Shown: positions 1 through 13,805 of the stretch, in pieces
How positions within the stretch are numbered: the stretch's first letter is position 1
Layout: every line of letters starts with the position of its first letter
DNA from: Spongospora subterranea f. sp. subterranea
Taxonomy: Eukaryota
Assembly: GCA_049724395.1 (NCBI GenBank)
Contig: JAUGWO010000001.1
Span: forward strand, 62,001 to 126,000
DNA length: 64,000 bases
Direction: 5' to 3'
Notes under the pieces: generated by a model
Seen by the model: the letters and a program-made list of their open reading frames with translations, nothing else
Databases searched by the model: none
Told to the model about the DNA's origin: nothing
Made by a program: the position numbers and the translations under genes

Positions 1-3000
1 ATAAGGCAACAACCGACATCAGCCAAGGGTTAGGTGGACGAAAAACGCGGGATTCTGGGCAATGTTCAAGGACTTTGGCAACAAAGGGGACCACAGCGAT
101 TAACCGTCCTAGAAAATTGTTCACTTAGGATATGAACGATTCCCAAAATTGCCGAACCTTGGTTATATGCGTCAAGAACAATCTGAGTGAACTTTAAATG
201 CCTCGCCAAAGGCGGAATGTTTTTCTTGATCGTCAGCAGCCCAAGCCATGATCCAAGATTTTTCAGTAACGACCTCTCTTGAGAAAGTGATATGATGGTC
301 GGAGAATGAATAAGAATGTTGATTGATTCATAAGTGTACAACAAAACAGTTCGATTGAATTCAGGCAACTTCAACTGTGAATCACCGTCAATTCAAATCC
401 ACAGAGAAATTCTTGATAATTACATGATCCAACAGCAAAATATAGGTTTTCAGAAAATTTGTGTCAGAAGTAACACGCTTCACAACGATGTAATGGGATA
501 TAGGATGATAGGTCTCGGGACTCAAAAGCTTCCGCAATTCCTCAGCTTTGCTGGCCATGTTGTTGATATCGACATTGTTGATAAGGAACGATAGTTTATC
601 CGCCAAAGTAGATTCAAGTGATGAAAACAGTGCTATTATGAGGTAAGTACAAGAATAAAAAAAAACGTAATAATACCATATCCTCTTTGTTCAAGAGTGT
701 TGTCGATATTGACAGACGACGCAACTTTCAGTGCTACATTCGGGGACGCAACAGCGGCAACAGAAGTAGTGGAGTTGGGCGTAGCAGATGCAACGGGATT
801 GGGGGCTAATGCAATGACGGAGGTGATGGGTAGATCGGCTGAACTGACTGGCAAGGGAAGCACGACGCCGTTTGAGGTTTGTGAACTTACAGCGGCACGA
901 AGCGACGACATCAGCTCACCCTGAACGGGTATTATGTCAAGATACTAGGAGCTGAACACTTGAGTGAAATTACCTGGTCTTGCAGAGATGCCAACTCAAT
1001 TAAAGATTGAGAAAATTGAGGCCAATCTGACAACCGCACTTTGAATTCGTCAATCGCCCAGAGGCCAAACTGATGCAGTTTGGTCCCCGGGGGGCTCGAC
1101 AGGCCCTCTGATAATAATTGATAAACGGCCGATAAGATAGTTTTCCGATTAGACGCACCATATATATACCGTAACGCCACATCAATTTCGAAGCGGCCGG
1201 TCAATTCGTGTCGTATGAGGGTACCGAATAAAACAGCAGTGACTCTCAACTCCTTATCGGGATACTTCTGAAAGAAGCGATATTCATCGAATAAATTATG
1301 AATCATACACGCGTAAATGTCTTTCTCGCGACGTGTCGACTTGTCTTTCTTGAATGAAATCTAAAATCAGAATTAAAAACAAGCAAAAAAATGTGACCGA
1401 AAAAAATACCAGCATATTGATAACTTCAGCAATAGAAATCTTTCCATCGTATATTTTTTGAAAATACGAATTCGCCTCCTCTTCGATGTTATCTTGAACT
1501 GGAAGATCATTCTGAGGGTGCGGAGATTGCTGAACAAATCTGGAAATTTCTGCAAAACGCAAAGCATTTTCCGATGAAAGAACCGAAGAATTGGACCGAA
1601 TCGCGGATAGAAACGAAGATACAAGCTCAACGGAGACAGGAACAACGGAGTGCAACTATTGTGAATTGTCAAAACTGCGGTCAATAAACGCATTAGAAAA
1701 ACCTGGGACATCACTGCCTGCGAAAGATAATCCAATACAGCAGAACAAAAATCGTTCCCGTGTTCATCGATTCGGAGTTGAAGCCACTATAAAGTGCAAT
1801 CAAAATCAGGAAACTGAACAAAAATAATAGCGCACCTTATCGAGATTTAAAAATTCTCTTCGAGAGGCAAGGGCCGCAAAATCAATCGCGAACCTGAAAG
1901 GACGCGACTCCAAAATTACAGTCAAAGAGTCTTTGATCTCTTGAGAGAGATCGAGGATGCGTAATAAGAAGGAATAGTCTTCCAAATATATATGGACCAT
2001 TTTTGAGACAACGACAGACGCATCAAATGCCCAAACGTGTGATAAAACAGGACCTAACAAAAAGTCAAATACAAACGAAAAAACAACAACAGAAAAAATT
2101 ACTTGAATGACCAGAAACCCTTAGATATTTAGGTATCAAGATGTCTAACAGCTCTTCCTTTAATACTGAATTATGAACACTTATTTCAGCCAGCGCTGAC
2201 AACAAAACTTCCGGACAATGCTCTAATGGGGAATTGAACAGCGCTCGAACAGCGCCATAGAGGTCAGAATCGCCCTGAAACAGACCAAGTTAATGGGACG
2301 GTCGTTGTCGAATTATCAAACAGATAACCATCTCGATGAGAGTCCGGATAAGATCTAAAGACTTCCAACTGTTATTTGACATGCCGTAACCGGTTCCGCA
2401 TGGTGAAGCGACTCCAGGAATTGGCTGAACGATATGCTCGGAACGACCAAAGTCGAGGGCTATATCAACGATTAATACAAAATACATCACAGTTGAAAAA
2501 AAAACACCTGAACAGCCGATTGCCATTCTGATAAGTGAAAGATGACCAATTTGGTTTGTCCAGGAAGTAAAAAGGATATCTAGAGGGAACTGGCTTTTGG
2601 GAAGGGCAAGATGGTGCGCCTCCATCAAAATTTCAAGCGACCGTTGGTCCTGATATGTAAAGTGAACAAAACAAGAACCAACTACGGTACACAATGAAAT
2701 TGAGACCTTGACGATAAATCCCTCCCGATCAAAAAGCCTGAAGACGTTGTGCCATCTAATGTGAGGAAATAGCTTAGAAATTGTAGAAATAAACACTGGG
2801 ACATTCCAGGTTAACGGCGCGGTGCCGTCAACCAACAAAACCGGGGCAGCTTGACCGCCTACAAGACAGTTTATAAAAATGTAAATCGCAAAACACAAAA
2901 CAGACCTTGGGATTCCCAGTTGTTATTAACAACCATGGAAAAGACCGACGGCAACGTTTCGTCGTTGTGCAATCCCGAATATGTTCTGGCAAACATTGCA

Positions 3001-3998
3001 ATGCAGTCAGAGACGTCGACCTCCGTTATTGTTGGAAATTGCTTGAGAATATCCGAAAGTAATGAGGTCGAGCTGCATGCGGGAATATCCTTGATCGCAA
3101 AGTAGCTGTGTTATAGTGCAGCCAATACCTTCCAAATTGTTAACAGGTACAGAGGCCTATAATCTTCATTAATAAGGCTATAACGCTTCGACATAAGATA
3201 TCACCTTGACAACCGCATTGGTGCAAGACGTATCGTAGAGAATGGGAAGCAGCAAAGCTGACCCTGTCATTTCTGGATGGCGTTGTCTATTTCCAATGTT
3301 AGAGAGTGGTGATGAACAGTTTTGTTTTGCTCATAAACCTCATGGCGTGCATCACAGATTGACTTGTTAATTCCGTGACTGCAGGCGAATGCTTAACGAA
3401 ATCGGCAAAACAATGCAAAATTGTTTCGGGCAACGAGGGATCGGATGCAATCTCGTTTATGTTGGCGATGAGATAGGCTTCGCCCTGAGACGCAACAATC
3501 ACAATAACACAGAACGGGAAAATCCACACGAACCTGTTTTGCGGAGGTTGCAGATGATGAGCCAAATAGCGCCAAGGCTAGCTGGACGCATGAAGGCAGC
3601 GATAAATGTAGCGCTGATATTATCAAAGATAGTAAGTCATTGTTACCCTCAATAGACTGACAGATCACGTTATATAATGGCATGGATCTCAAAGTCAAGT
3701 TTTTACCTCAAAAGCCGAAGTAAAAATTCCCATGAAGAGAATGTTTTCGGTACTGCCTTCGAAAAATGCTTTAGCTGCCTGAAGCTGCGCCTTATTAGCG
3801 GTAGGCAAATAGGTCAAATAAGACTGAATAATGAATATATCTGTATCAGCGCCATATATTGCCCTCAACTACAAATGATGATCAGAGCTTCGCAGGAATA
3901 TAATCCTATATTGAACTGACATCACTGATAACTTCAAAAAAGACAGCCACATTGGCATCGTTTAAATCGCGGATAAGTTCGGAGACTTTCCAGTACAT
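1..3998 (-). CDS. NOT1: CCR4-NOT scaffold subunit NOT1/CNOT1, 5' part (multi-exon, runs off the left edge)
   Basis: Exon peptides typical of Not1: [76 protein letters not shown]. Probable start [16 protein letters not shown] at 3998. Confidence 0.93.
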
Positions 3999-4623
3999 CG
4001 TCTGCGTGAAGGAGGGGGTGCGCCCCCCTCCTCCCTCGAACCCATTGTCATCTGGGCCCGCCACGACGACCGACACACCTTTCTAGACTCGAAACCACCA
4101 CGAATACGGACCGACCAACAGTCAATTTCAATGATGAAGAGCGCCACGGACTACAGTAGGGTGATCAACGTTTTTTTATGGTAAGAGGAGACCCACCTCC
4201 TACCTAATGGTCTTACCGCAAAGACAACCCGTTACTGATAATGGGTCGATAACGTTTGTAACTTGTTGAGTAACGGTCACGACCAGATGAGCCCAGATCA
4301 CGACGCTAGAAGTCGAGCAATAGCTCCTCACGTTTCGATAGTGCGCGAGGATCGGTCGACTGTAACAACTTCAGGGCGCCGGCCGTAATGTTTCAATTGG
4401 ACATGGTGCGGTACTACAAGTTCACTGCAAGAGGGAATATCGTTGATGTGCACAGCAGCGTTGGGTGTGCCTTACGCTGTTGGGATCAACAGATTGGCAA
4501 CCTGAGGTCATACCTGGGTTGTTGCCGGCTATTCAGACTGTAATCAATAAACACGGATCGTTTTCATAAGTTTATTAAACAACATCGTTCATTCGCCGGG
4601 TAAAGAACATATAGAAAGTCAAC

Positions 4624-5202
4624 TCAGTAATTATCATCGTCATCGTGATCATGTTCACTAATAACAACAACATGATCAGAAATTCAAATGAAGCAAGGCG
4701 ACACGAGTTTTTACTCTGAGTCGTGATCAAAACCTTCTTCATGCCCATCATCGTGATGATCATGCGAATGATGTTCGGCCATATGATTGATCGAATGGCC
4801 CTGTGGTTCGACTCAGTCAAACACAATGATCGCCGCAAACCACTCACATGATTCTCAGAATGGGAATCTTTTCCGCTGACCGTGGCAGTAATGAACGCTA
4901 TAGTTATCAGCTTTACCTTATCTTTGGCCAATCCCTACAGAAAGTATCGGGGCACTGTGTTGTTAAACCACTAACTTGTCATTACCTCCATTACGTGATC
5001 CCCTTCGTCCAAGTGGTATTCGTCCTCTGTATGGCAAATCAGGGCCAGATACTAATCAGCTCATTTGATACGTCGAAATACCTTCGTCATGGCCATCGCC
5101 GTGATCGTCCACAACATTCTGTGAGCCATGATTGCCGCCACCATTGGCTAGTGTGGTCCCGATAATAATACACGATAATAGTAATATAATAAGTCGGGAC
5201 AT
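4624..5202 (-). CDS. Secreted His/Asp-rich protein A (family 1), 5 exons
   Basis: Spliced by eye over 4 GT-AG introns: MSRLIILLLSCIIIGTTLA|NGGGNHGSQNVVDDHGDGHDEEDEYHLDEGDHVMEGLAKDKVKLITIAFITATVSGKDSHSENHGHSINHMAEHHSHDHHDDGHEEGFDHDSDEHDHDDDDNY*. Core matches the 20393-21124 gene. Confidence 0.85.
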
Positions 5203-5257
5203 TATTGCCAACTGACAATAATCTTGACGTAACTGTCAAAAGGAGCTAAAGAAAAGT

Positions 5258-5264
5258 TGACTCA
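5258..5264. promoter_or_regulatory. TGACTCA (AP-1/GCN4-type) site upstream of gene A
   Basis: gtTGACTCAt, 56 bp upstream of ATG 5202; recurs upstream of all ten His-rich genes. Confidence 0.65.
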
Positions 5265-6217
5265 TGGTGTATGGTGGGTATTGAACTGGCTAAAACCAGG
5301 TAGAGGCTGCGATAAGAAATCGGATGGATAAGGCATCGTGATGTCCAGCAATGAGCGTTCGCCAACAGGTTGCATATTCAGTTCGATATCGGGGTCAACT
5401 TGTATTGAGTTGTTGAATTCCTGCGTCATTATCATATTAAACGACAAATCATTGCCCCTTTGGTTAGAAGTCGTCCTGTTAGCTATTGCATTAGCAATGA
5501 CGAACGACTCGGAAGGGCATGAGTAAAAAGCAATGGAACGATTAGCAGCGTCGACATCGGTGGCATCATCCTTGATTGGTGAAGCAGAGGGTGAAAACGG
5601 TTGTTGTGAAAGAGTCACATCTAACTCGTCCACCTGTGCGATATTCCCTTGAGATTCCTGCACACCCCATTCGTGCTGTAAGTTTCGAACACAGGCGTTT
5701 GGGTTGCTATGTGCATCGTGTTTGAGATGGTTGGGCGTGGCGGCAACGATTAATCGGCTTGGATTTTCGACCGATGATATGGCCTTTGGAGTGGCTTTAA
5801 CGATCCACTGCGGTTGCGGAGCCAACTTGCGTTCTTATCCAAAAGACTTGAATAAAAATTCGAATCAAAAATGTGAAAGAACATATACCTGCCCCAATGA
5901 TTCGGCCAAGATGTTGGTCGAAACCCTTCCCATGGAACACCTTGTAATTTTCTGTTAAATTATTGTAAAACGGAATGAGTTTTGCGAACCTGCTGCCACG
6001 TTGTATCTTGATCCAAAGCCAAAGAGGATCGAGCCGTAATTGCCAGACATGCCTCGGCGTATTTCAACTTGAATGCAGATGCGTAATCGGACGAGGATCG
6101 TGTGGCACCCATATTTCTCGGCTGCTCACAGCAACTCCAAGTGCTTGGAGAATCGAAACAGGAAGAACGTTTCCTGTACAAACCACGTATACACTGTATA
6201 CTAGGGAATGCGACCAC
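5262..6217 (-). CDS. Hypothetical protein (probably 3 exons; 5' end uncertain next to the transposon)
   Basis: 187-aa terminal ORF plus upstream ORF segments separated by intron-like stretches; no family recognised. Confidence 0.4.
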
Positions 6218-6350
6218 TCGGATTTTTTTCGCGCATTTTTTTTTTTGAAAAATCCCTGAGGGTTGGCCGTAAACTACCTAGGGAATTCGAGAGACGCACA
6301 CGCACAATTCCGGAAAAAGTTTGACCGTAAACTATGGGCGGCTTGAAAAA

Positions 6351-6411
6351 GCAGGGCATATTCGCAGGGCATTTTCAAAACTTGCGCGGATGCCCTGCGA
6401 ATATGCCCTGC
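6351..6411. repeat. Perfect 22-bp inverted repeat (hairpin)
   Basis: gcagggcatattcgcagggcat (6351-6372) and atgccctgcgaatatgccctgc (6390-6411). Confidence 0.85.
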
Positions 6412-6415
6412 GAAT

Positions 6416-8810
6416 TACAGTGAGACGTTTTTTTTCAAAATGTAGCAGACCCCCGGATTTTTCCATAATAAAACCTCTCTATAAGAAGTACAAACTCTGT
6501 TAAGTACGCAAAGTACAGTGAAACCTCCATATAAGGTACAGCCCATAAAAGGTACAGTTCCATATATGGTACGTTTTTTTTTCAAAATAGCAAACCCCCG
6601 GATTTTCCATAATAAAACCTCTCTATAAAAAGTACAAACTCTGTTAAGTACGCAAAGTACACCTTGGTTGGTCACGGAGTTACCTACGCTGTTCTATATA
6701 TGGTCCATTTTTTTCTGTACACCACATTCGGATCGCCCAATAAATAGTGGAATATTGATGAACCGACGCCTGCATTAAGTCGAGCAGGGTAAGCACATTC
6801 GCGACAAAGCTTTCGAGCTTCGGATAATGCCAGCATCAAGCGGCTGTAGAACGGAGATGAGATTGGGTGGAAAAAAAACAGTCACGACACGTGGGCGCGA
6901 CCCCGTGTGCGCAGCCCCTTGCGCGGCCGCGCTCGAATTCCGCATTAGGTACACACCACTCCATAAGGTACAAAATCAATCGATTTTGGAGCAAATTGGG
7001 TGTACCTTATATGGAGGTTTCACTGTACACCCTTGGTTGGCCACGGAGTTACCTACGCTGCTCTATATATGGTCCGTTTGAATCTTTCAAAATGTCGAAC
7101 GCGGTGTCTGAAACAAAAAAACGTAAGTCGATCTGAGCACAAAGCTTGCCATCCTCAAGTACATTGACGATGGGCACAGCATCCGAGCAACAGCTGAGAA
7201 GTTCTCTCTATCCAAAGGAACTGTTGAAGCAGAGCAGGAATTCGTTGCTTCGAGCGCTCTCCAAAGCCAGAATAGTCCGGCAGAGCGACATTAACCTTTT
7301 TTATGGAGATGGTTTTCAACAGCAAAGAGCGCGTGGTTATCCGATAAGTGGTCCCATTCTGCATCAACGATTTTTTAGCCCAAAAATGGAAACAGAGGAA
7401 CAATGTGCGGTCGTACAAGGTATGTGGAGAATCGGGAAATGTAGATCTCGTTCGCGCGGAACATTGGAAAACGTCATTAGCGGCAACGATGGCAGGATAT
7501 GATCTCAAGAACGTATTAAATATGGACGAGACAGGTTTCTTCTTCCGAGCCTTACCAGACTCAACATTGAACCATGTCTCTCAATCACGTAAGGGGGGAA
7601 AGCAAGGCAAAGACAGAATAACTTTGGCTTTTACTTGCTCAGCTATGGGCGAGAAACTCCCCCTTTGGATAATTGGAAAGTCCAAAAATCCTCGCGCTTT
7701 CAGGGGTGTCGATATGAGCAAATTCAAAGCAACGTATTCAAACAGTGCAAAAGCCTGGATGACTAATCCGCTGTTCAATATTTATTTACAGGAGCTGGAC
7801 GAGATCTTTAAACGACAAGGCCCAAAGGTTCTACTCTTTTTGGATAATGCCCCTGTCCATATCGTCGACGAAGCCACAAATCTGACAAATATCGAGCTTC
7901 GCTTTTTTCCACCCAATCTCACCTCCGTTCTACAGCCGCTTGATGCTGGCATTATCCGAAACTTGAAAGCTTTGTCGCGAAAGTTCGAAGTGCTTACCCT
8001 GCTCGAATTAATGCAGGACACGTCGGTTCGTGTATCAGATCTTGCCAAAACCTCGAAGGAGACTATCCAAAAATGTTTCGCCAAATGTGGATTTGTAATC
8101 CCGACGGTTCATCACCCCAGAAGTTTTGGAGCAAGAAGAGGAACTTGCTTCTTTGGCTGAAAAGGTCGGTATTGACAGATTCCTAATTGTTGTTGAAGAA
8201 AACTTACCAGAATGCGAGATTGAAGAAGAAACAACCCTCATTGTACAGTTAGTTGATGAATTTAATAATGCTTGCAGTGATGACGAAGTGGAGGAAATTG
8301 CAAATGATATCGAAGAAACTGAACCCCAACAACCAAGAGTGATTTCAACTGTCCAGGCAAAAGAAATGCCCACGGATCTGATCGCCTTCGCAAAAGCCAA
8401 ATCGCTGTTCAAAGAGGAGATGAATTTGAAGGTGTTGAAGGCTACAATCCATTCTCTTTATCTTTCAAGTCTTAGACAGCCAGCAATTCATCAGTATTTT
8501 CAACAATTCCTCCTTTTCTGAACACCAGATTCGGATCGAACCAATGGCCGCGCCCAATGAATAGTGGAATATCGATGAACCGACGTGTCCTGCATTAAGT
8601 CGAGCAGGGTAAGCACTTCGAACTTTCGCGACAAAGCTTTCAAGCTTCGGATAATGCCAGCATCAAGCGGCTGTAGAACGGAGGTGAGATTGGGTGGAAA
8701 AAAGCGACCAGTCACGGCACGTGGGCGCGGCCCCATGTGCGCAGCCCTTGCGCGGCCTCGCATTCCGCATCAGGTAAACACCACTCCATAAGGTGCAAAA
8801 TAAATCGACT
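6416..8810 (+). mobile_element. Degenerate pogo/Tigger-type DNA transposon (CENP-B-like HTH plus DDE_1 transposase, frameshifted)
   Basis: Transposase motifs NMDETGFFFR, AWMT, LLFLDNAPVH, FFPPNLTSVLQPLDAGII in 7348-8160. Broken N-terminus from ATG 7092 and acidic C-terminal tail to 8521. Ends inferred from homology with the nested copy. Confidence 0.88.
6516..7025 (+). mobile_element. Non-autonomous ~510-bp deletion derivative of the same pogo element, nested in it
   Basis: 25-bp TIRs CAGTGAAACCTCCATATAAGGTACA (6516-6540; reverse complement at 7001-7025), TA on both sides. Interior is the 5' end plus the 3' end of the host element. Confidence 0.9.
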
Positions 8811-10102
8811 GTTCTCAGCTGCAGCTTTAGCTGTTTGATGGTTTGCTGCACAACCACCGAGGCCCCATCGCACGTTGGAGCACACTGGCCTTCCAACTCA
8901 CGACAATACCGACAATACATGCCAGATCGAATCCAGTTTGTAAAAGGGTTCCGCCTCAGTAGGCGGAATAAATAACACTAAATTTTTTGGCACTCCACAC
9001 GAAGACAGCAATGCCGCACTTGACCGATTACTTGGCGATAATTTCCACTCCGGTTTTTTGACCAACATTGTTGTTTTGAAATTCTTGAAAACCCAGGATA
9101 AAAATAGTGCAATGGCTAATCTCGGCTCGAATTTTCAACGATTTCTTTTTTCACTCAAATTACTATCGGCGAGACGGTTTCTTCAGCAGTTTGATTCTCA
9201 TCTAATGTCGCAACCGGTCTTGACTTGGGCGGAGGAAACCGATTCGTTTGCGGCTGGCGAGAACGCCACGTCATGATCAACACCTAATCGTTGCGAGAAT
9301 CATTGGGCCACCAGACGGTTAGTTCATCTCCAGCCTCAAAGAAAGCCATTTTGGCGTCAACTAGAAATGTATCGCCATTGATATGAGCTGCATGTTCAAA
9401 AGTCCAACCAGCAGAATGAAGTGGTTATATTATGCAAGGCCGTCTGGTCGCCCAAGGATTCTCACAACAGCTGTGCAAACCACCGCCCGGTCGAAAAGCA
9501 ATCGAGACCAAGTAGATAACACGATGCAACAAACACTACATCGACAGAAACCGACTGGCAACACCGACAGAAACATGCCTGGGAAAGGAGGAACGCGCCT
9601 TCCACAGTACCGAATTGATGCATCGCAATCGTGGGTCGTCGACACCAGAAAGCACAGTCGTCTAACAACAATTAATTCATGGGTCTCAGGATAAAAAGGC
9701 GTTGATTGTGTGGTCCCAGGCCCGAACATTATTCCCACTCGTGGTACCATCAGCGGAGACTCGATTGAAACGACGAACGGGGTGGATCATGCCTGTACTC
9801 GGCTAAAGGTGTGTCGAAAACAGGGATTACAGGCCTACTGGGTTGCCGGCGAACATTATGAAAACAATATGCCGAATTCGACTCTGATGTCGACGATGGC
9901 GACATGTGAAAGGCGTGACGTTCCATTATCGGGCCAGAATTTGCAACACCAACCTGTGCTTTTGTACGACTGGTTGACGGAATCAGTCAGATCAACGGCC
10001 CAGGGAACGAACACCATTCGAAAGGGCAATAAGATAGATTTATTGGTGTGTTGACATGGATGGGTTGGACCGATGGCTGAGACGTTAGTTAAAATAGACA
10101 GG

Positions 10103-10967
10103 TTAATGGTCTCCTTCCAGTAAGAACGAAATCAAGTTTCTGCAAACAAACACGTATCAGCGAAATGTCTCTTGACATCAGAAATGAGCAGAATCGATCA
10201 TGGGATGAACAACATAAACATATTTTTGGTGATTTACCCCATCGTCATGCCCATGATGGTGTCCATCGTGGCCATGTCCGAAATCGTAGCCTTCGTGGCC
10301 ATGTCCACCGCCATGACCGCCGTGTTCGCCCCCGCCATGCCCATGGATCCCCTCGTGCGCTTCCCCATGCAAATGATGATGATTATCGTGATCTGCAACT
10401 GTTCGTCAACACACACAACAGAATTTCCGACAACAAAACCCAGGAACATTTGTCTCATAACACTGCCGATTCATTTCGTGAAATGTTTTGTGTTTCTCAA
10501 CAAATGATCTCCTCACAAAAAACAAAAACAATATTGTTCGGTGAATATCAACTCATATCGCCAACAACAAACGAATCGCATTTACCATGATCGTCATGAT
10601 GGTCATCTTCGTGTTCATAAGTGTCCTCGTGAGCCAGCTCATGTGAGTCCGCTAAAGTGGCAAATGGTTGTCAGAACAATCTGACTCCTGAATTTGTGCA
10701 AAGCGATCGAGCCTTACAATGAACGTCGGACGCGGTCATGAAAGCTGTTAATGTCGCCTGCGTCACCGTATTTGATTTATCTTTGCCAGCGTGGTCAAGG
10801 TGCTCATCATCGTGATCGTGGTCCTCTTCATCGTGGTGGTCGTGGTGATCAACGTGATCGTGTTCGTGGTGGTGATCGTGATCGTCATGGTGGTCCTCGT
10901 GATCGCTGGCGTGCGTCAGTGCCAGTAATATCGACGAGCAAACTATAAAAACGATTAAACCCCTCAT
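10103..10967 (-). CDS. Secreted His/Asp/Gly-rich protein B (family 1), multi-exon; last exon uncertain
   Basis: MRGLIVFIVCSSILLALTHA|SDHEDHHDDHDHHHEH...HLDHAGKDKSNTVTQATLTAFMTASDVH, intron, SDSHELAHEDTYEHEDDHHDDH, intron, DHDNHHHLHGEAHEGIHGHGGGEHGGHGGGHGHEG... Confidence 0.85.
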
Positions 10968-11067
10968 AAAATTATTGTCGAGACCGTTGCCGGTTTGTTA
11001 TCACAATATCGAATGGCATCATTCGGTCTGGTAGATTCGAAACTACTCATCACGTTTGGACCAGAGT

Positions 11068-11074
11068 TGACTCA
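11068..11074. promoter_or_regulatory. TGACTCA site upstream of gene B
   Basis: agtTGACTCAact, 101 bp upstream of ATG 10967; a second TGACTCA at 11404-11410. Confidence 0.65.
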
Positions 11075-11571
11075 ACTTATCGCCATATTCCATGAATCAC
11101 CGTCGTCATCGCCACTTAAAAAATCCACAATCCATCCACCGTCCAGGGTTTTCACCCGTTTTATCCTCATAATTCAGACCCGAAAGTCGCAAACGTGTTT
11201 TAGTCGGGGAGGAATGTTCGAAGTCAAACATAATATCTTCCCCTAAAATCACATCAATAAACTACATAAACGACCCGCATCTCGACATAATCGGCGACGA
11301 AATTTTTGCTAGATGAGAAACGACCGTGAGACATTGCGCCATCGGATTGATTATGTGAAAAAAATGTTGTCGCAACTGTGTTTTGGGAGAGCTGAAAGTT
11401 CGATGACTCATATTTCACAATACTCCACATCGCTGGTTTCACAATGTCGAATTGAATCGAGTTCTGACCGGGATTTTTAAGTGCAAACAATTGATTGACA
11501 AGAAGCGGCGGCGGCGACGGATATAAGTTGTGTGGCGGCGAACGACCGGACTGAATGGGATGAGATCCTTT

Positions 11572-13108
11572 ATGCGCCATGGCGGTCGGGTTCAAGCACC
11601 GCCTCCGCTTATCGGCGTCGTTGACGATCCCGACCTGGTATTGGAACCGTGGCAGGACACGCTAGCGGCCATCAACATATTACGAGAGCAATCGGTATTG
11701 TCGGGGACCACCGAAACCTAATCGACATTTCAACACAGCTCGTTGTTGCTTTTGTGTTATAGAAAATCGAATACTGAAGTAATTGTGCTGTGCACTGATT
11801 TACGCTGTCTTCCCAGTTATGAATTTGTCGATATTTTCTTCATTTCTGATATCCAACGCTCAATTGTAGTTCGTCTTTCCACCGGTTCATGCATGCTGTC
11901 GTTTCAAAATTTTCAACGTTCTGTTCGGATCATCAAAATCGTTTGAATGGATTTTTTCTCGGTTCAAAAATTTGGCACGGGTACGCTTGTAAAAGTGCTG
12001 GTTGTTCAATTGAGGTTTCATTTGGCGGATTGTTGTCTTTTCGCACTCGACAAAAATACCCATTCCATCGTTCAGGCGTTCTCCTCGGATGTGTGGCCCC
12101 GTCTTCAATTACAGCACCATATTTACTCCATTATTCACGATCGGTATATTGCACATGATCGGGTCGGGTGTATTAGTCTCCCAATGTGCTGGTCCTAGGT
12201 GCCAGGCCGATCGGGAGCTAGACCTATTACGAGCCAGAAACATGGTTCGCCTGTTTAGGATCGATGGGATTCCTCCACGCCCGTTAATCGTTGTTGTGCT
12301 GACATCGGATTTCGTCGATTTTGTTCGTCGCAACATCCCATCTCACACTGTAATAAGTCAGTTTCTCTCTACAATTATCCCTTCGTTTCTCGTTATTTGT
12401 CACCTATAACATGAAATTATTTTGTCAAACCTCATATCGCCGAATGTTTTGACACTGACCACAAATGCACCGGTTTTTGAACTCGACTGTTTTACACAAT
12501 TTTGGCTAGTGCAACAATAACGAATGTTGATTAGGTTTCTTTTCGTCAGAATGCATATTTTCATCGGTTCTCATCTTTTTCTGAATCTTCATCGTAGATG
12601 CCTTTCTGAATGAGATGCGTGCTTTCACCCAGACAAACGCGGATCGCCACGATCTACGAGAGCGGTTGAAAACGGTTCACGACGCCGATCCCATTTCGTA
12701 TAAGCTTTGCCTCTCCTCGAAAACCAACACGCCTCAATGTTTTCCAGAGTACTATTCCAGTACGGATTGGTTGTCAATCGAACCGAGTCGATGCTGTCGT
12801 TTTCAATCCCTGAATGTGGCCGATTTATTCACCATCTAATTCAAGGTCGTCTCGAGCTGGTTGCCGTTATCAAGCGTCGTAAACAATCTCGCAATCGCAC
12901 CGTACAGGTAAACTGTTTTCAAGGATTTTGATTTTTTTTTAATTGGATTTAGGCACTTGAAAAAACTGCTTTGAAGAAGTCGATGTTGTCGTCGCTGTTC
13001 ATTCTGCAGGATTTGATTGCACTAGGAGTGCTTGAGAGACGCTCTGTGTCCAACGATCATGGAACAACGATCGCCGTGGTGCAAATTGCTGACGAATCCC
13101 TTTTATGA
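11572..13108 (+). CDS. STK19: STK19-family protein (multi-exon)
   Basis: Exon peptides DTLAAINILREQ, LQHHIYSIIHDR, ADRELDLLRARNMVRLFRI, VVLTSDF, LIQGRLELVAVIKRRK, LKKSMLSSLFILQDLIALGVLER follow the STK19 motif order. Exact start uncertain. Confidence 0.7.
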
Positions 13109-13805
13109 ATGATGAAATCCGTTACTGGGTAGTCTCCCACAGGTTAAATCAAAAACTGTTTTAAATGCTGCTCCCGTCGCCAAACCGGTATGCCCCGTGG
13201 CAAAGCTATCTGATAAACCTAAACTTGATTGGGAAACTGTCATCCAAAACGTCAATTCCTGTCAGTTAACTGCATTCGATCTTTGTGGCACAAGGGTATG
13301 TCACGAGAACTGGCCACAGTTCGGATTGCTGCATGTTGTTTCAATGTCGCAGGCTCCAGTTCGTATCTGGCGATGCTCAGTCCACATTATGGTCTGATCA
13401 TTAACGGCGGTTTCGATGATCTAGCCTCGGCAAAGACGAATGAACATATCCGGAGCCTTATGATAAGACGCTGGGAAAACGGTCGTGGCACCAATGTGTC
13501 GTCGAACAGTTCGGTTTGATCACGTCGAAGAGGACCGTTCTCGGTTTTCTTCTAAAGAGTTTTTGCGAAAGGGATGAGTAGAACACGACTCCACACCGGC
13601 CATTACTATATTGCCGGGAAAAATCTTGCATGATCGAACAACCACAGTCGGGTTTTAGCTTGACTGCAATGGTCGAACAATGTTCATCTGGAGCCAGGGC
13701 GCATCCTTGGCTATACCGGGACCATACGAATTCGTCGACAACACCGTCCCATGACCGTTTCCCAGTTTCTTATCGTAAAGATTGGAGATTCGGTTTTTTG
13801 AGACT

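Noticed and set aside
8810..10054. Short ORFs after the pogo element
   Set aside because: No recognisable motifs; probably decayed sequence.
11404..11410. TGACTCA as evidence that STK19 belongs to the regulon
   Set aside because: It lies in the divergent interval shared with gene B, so it cannot be assigned to either gene.
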